From Octopus vulgaris (Eukaryota), in assembly GCA_951406725.2 (NCBI GenBank), contig OX597820.1:25916001-25980000 (forward strand): a DNA stretch of 64,000 nucleotides. The letters are read 5' to 3'. Below the pieces are notes generated by a model. It was not told where the DNA came from. It was given only the letters and a program-made list of their open reading frames with translations, and did no database searches. Every line of letters starts with the position of its first letter. Within the stretch, counting starts at the first letter, position 1. The position numbers and the translations under genes were made by a program. Positions 61,343-64,000 of the stretch are shown here, piece after piece.

Positions 61343-64000
61343 ACATATTTCAAGACTAGCATTTTTGCTTGTTAATATCAGTGACTGTGTGTTCACTTGA
61401 AATATATATATTGTGAGCAGAAGCGAGCTACTGTTTTGTCTACTAGAGCAACTTTAGTAGACAACGTATCCACTACTGAAGAGTAGCAGACATAGCCTGG
61501 TCCTGCCACTAGAAGGTGGTAGGGTTTCGCTCCCCTGCTTGCAATTTATTAGATGCAACTCAGCATCATTAACCAGCTAGAGGAGATGTCCTCTTGGGGT
61601 TAAAAAATTGCACTAGAGTCTGTTTGAATGAACAGCCATGTTGAAATGGCTACGAATATTTCTTGATAGTACAACTACTGTGTTGATCTCTCAGAGAGAT
61701 ATGTATACATACAATAGGCTTCTTTCAGTTTCTGTCTACCAAATCTGCTCACAAGGCTTTGTGGTGAACCCGAGGCTATAGTAGAAGACACTTGCCCACG
61801 GTGCCATGCAGTGGGACTGAACCCAAAACATTGTGGTTGAGAAGTATGCTTCTTACCACACAGCCATGCCTGCATGTGTGTGTGTGTGAGAGAGAATCCA
61901 GATGCTTGTAACAAGATAGGCTCCTCTAAAGGAACCCCAGTATGCCAGATGGTAGTATTAACCTGGGTGATGGATTAAATAGGGACATGGCATGATTTGA
62001 ACTTGGACATGGCAGGATTTAAACAGAATAAATCCGATGGGGCCCAACATTCCTACAGTACAAAGAATTCTCTCCCTAGATTCATACTTTTATATTGATC
62101 CCTTAAAAGGATGAAAGATTGTTGGCTATGGCAGGATTTGAACTTGGAACACATAGAGACAAAAGATGAAGTATTCTGTCCAATGCTATGATTGCCAATA
62201 ATATTTCAGCTTCCATTAGTTTTAAACTAAGGTTAGTAAATGTAGCTTCGCTTGTCTCTCATTCATTCATCACTGATTCAGGATAACAAAATTCACTCAT
62301 TTGTGAACCATTTTATGCTTATCACAAATGAACCTGTGATAACATGGGTTGGTGATCAATTGAAGATTCTGCTAGTACTGCAAAAACATGCCCTAGTAAC
62401 CACCTACAATAATCAACTATCCAGAATGCCCTAACTATCATATTTGAACTGTATTTTATGTATTTGAACTGGGACCAGTTAACAGAATGAAATATGAAGG
62501 TATCTGATCCTAATAAGGAAGGCAGATGAGTGTATTCTTTACAGGAAAAGGTGGAGATGAACAGGAAAATTCACGATGGTAGAACCTTCACTGTTGCAAG
62601 CTGTAAGTTTGGCATCAATGAATCTCCAATTTATTCCATTTACAAAGTGCATGATAAGATTCATTTACCACTGTGCTAATTTGGAACCAAACACTCATAA
62701 TAAACAAAGACAGATGTACTTATTATACAACTTTAATCTTGGTCTTATACTTTTTCAACTGAAATAAAATCCACAACGAGCCAGACAGACAAAATAAAAC
62801 TTGCCTAATCAACAAAATGTTTCTATTTCCTTGGAGAAGAAGAATGGTTTTCAAATATGGCTAAATTTTATATTTCTTCTAAGTGGTGACCAGAAAATAA
62901 TGGGTGGAACCTAGAAGTAACGACTGAACTCTGTTTTTAAATTTATTTTTATTTTATATTATTTGTAATTATATCATCATAGTCTGAGCCTAGTTTTCAG
63001 TGCACTTGTATCAAATTCCTCACCAACTAGGACTCAAGTTACAGGATTTAGTTCAGGGTATTGTATTTATTATTCAATTCTTGAAGGATATATGTAATGC
63101 TCTACAAGTTGTATATAACTCTCAGTTCTTGAATGACGTACACGATTAGTTTCTTTTGTGTGTGTGTGTGTGTGTGCTGGCTTTTATATAACATAATAGT
63201 TGTAAATGTATGTTTGATGTCATAAAAGCAGTATCATTTTTCTTATTTCTTCTGTGAAAACATGCCTGGCCATGAGGAAATATTAACCTTACTTAGAAAC
63301 CGGGAAGGCCCGATGACAGGAAAAGCACTACCACCACAACCACCCCACATTTATTATAACCACCACCACCACCACCACAACCACAACCACAATCATCTCT
63401 AATCACCACCACTGCTAATATTTATCATCACCCCATTACTGCCACTGTTATGATTTCCTCAAATAGTTCACAGAAAGTTGGAAACCTGGCAGAGTTGTTA
63501 CAGCATAGGACACTGCCTTTTAGTCGAGCAAATCGACCCCAGGACTTATTCTTTGTAAGCCTAGTACTTATTCTTTTTTGCCGAACCACTAAGTTAGAGG
63601 GATGTAAACACACCACCATCGGTTGTCAAGCAATTTTGGGGTGAAAAACGCAGACACACAAACATACACACACACATACACACATATATATATATATATG
63701 TATACATATATACGATGGGCTTCTTTCAGTTTCCGTCTACCAAATCCACTTACAAGGATTTGGTCAGCCCGAGGCTATAGTAGAAGACACTTGCCCAAGG
63801 TACCACACAGTGGGACTGAACCCAGAACCATGTGGTTTCTAAGCAAGCTACTTACCACACAGCCACTCCTACGCCTATACTTACCACACAGCCACTCCTA
63901 AGGGTCATGGGTACTGCCCTTCTCTCCATGACTTAGGTCTGTCATGAATCCTAGGGCTTAGAAGGTTGGAAACTAGCCTGGTTTCAATGGCATATATGTG

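Overview
AT-rich, repeat-saturated animal genomic DNA; the SINE/LINE families and dense microsatellites look like an octopod cephalopod (inference, not verified). One complete protein-coding gene can be assembled by hand: a 15-coding-exon class II xylose isomerase (xylA-like, 463 aa) on the minus strand, 41467 to 13548, with GT-AG introns, consistent phases and all catalytic and metal-binding motifs intact. The rest is mostly mobile DNA: tRNA-derived SINEs (often nested, with TSDs), RTE, CR1, L1/Tx1-like, Dong/R4-like and Hero-like LINE fragments, a solo LTR, a decayed mariner, piggyBac-type and Tc1-type MITEs and non-autonomous Helitrons. Less expected: several minimal type I hammerhead ribozyme motifs in short microsatellite-embedded elements; a ~1.77 kb fold-back palindrome with a hammerhead at each outer end (one intact, one with a cleavage-site mutation); and an inverted repeat bracketing exon 3 of the xylose isomerase. 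Nearly all ORFs in the supplied track are spurious microsatellite or SINE translations.
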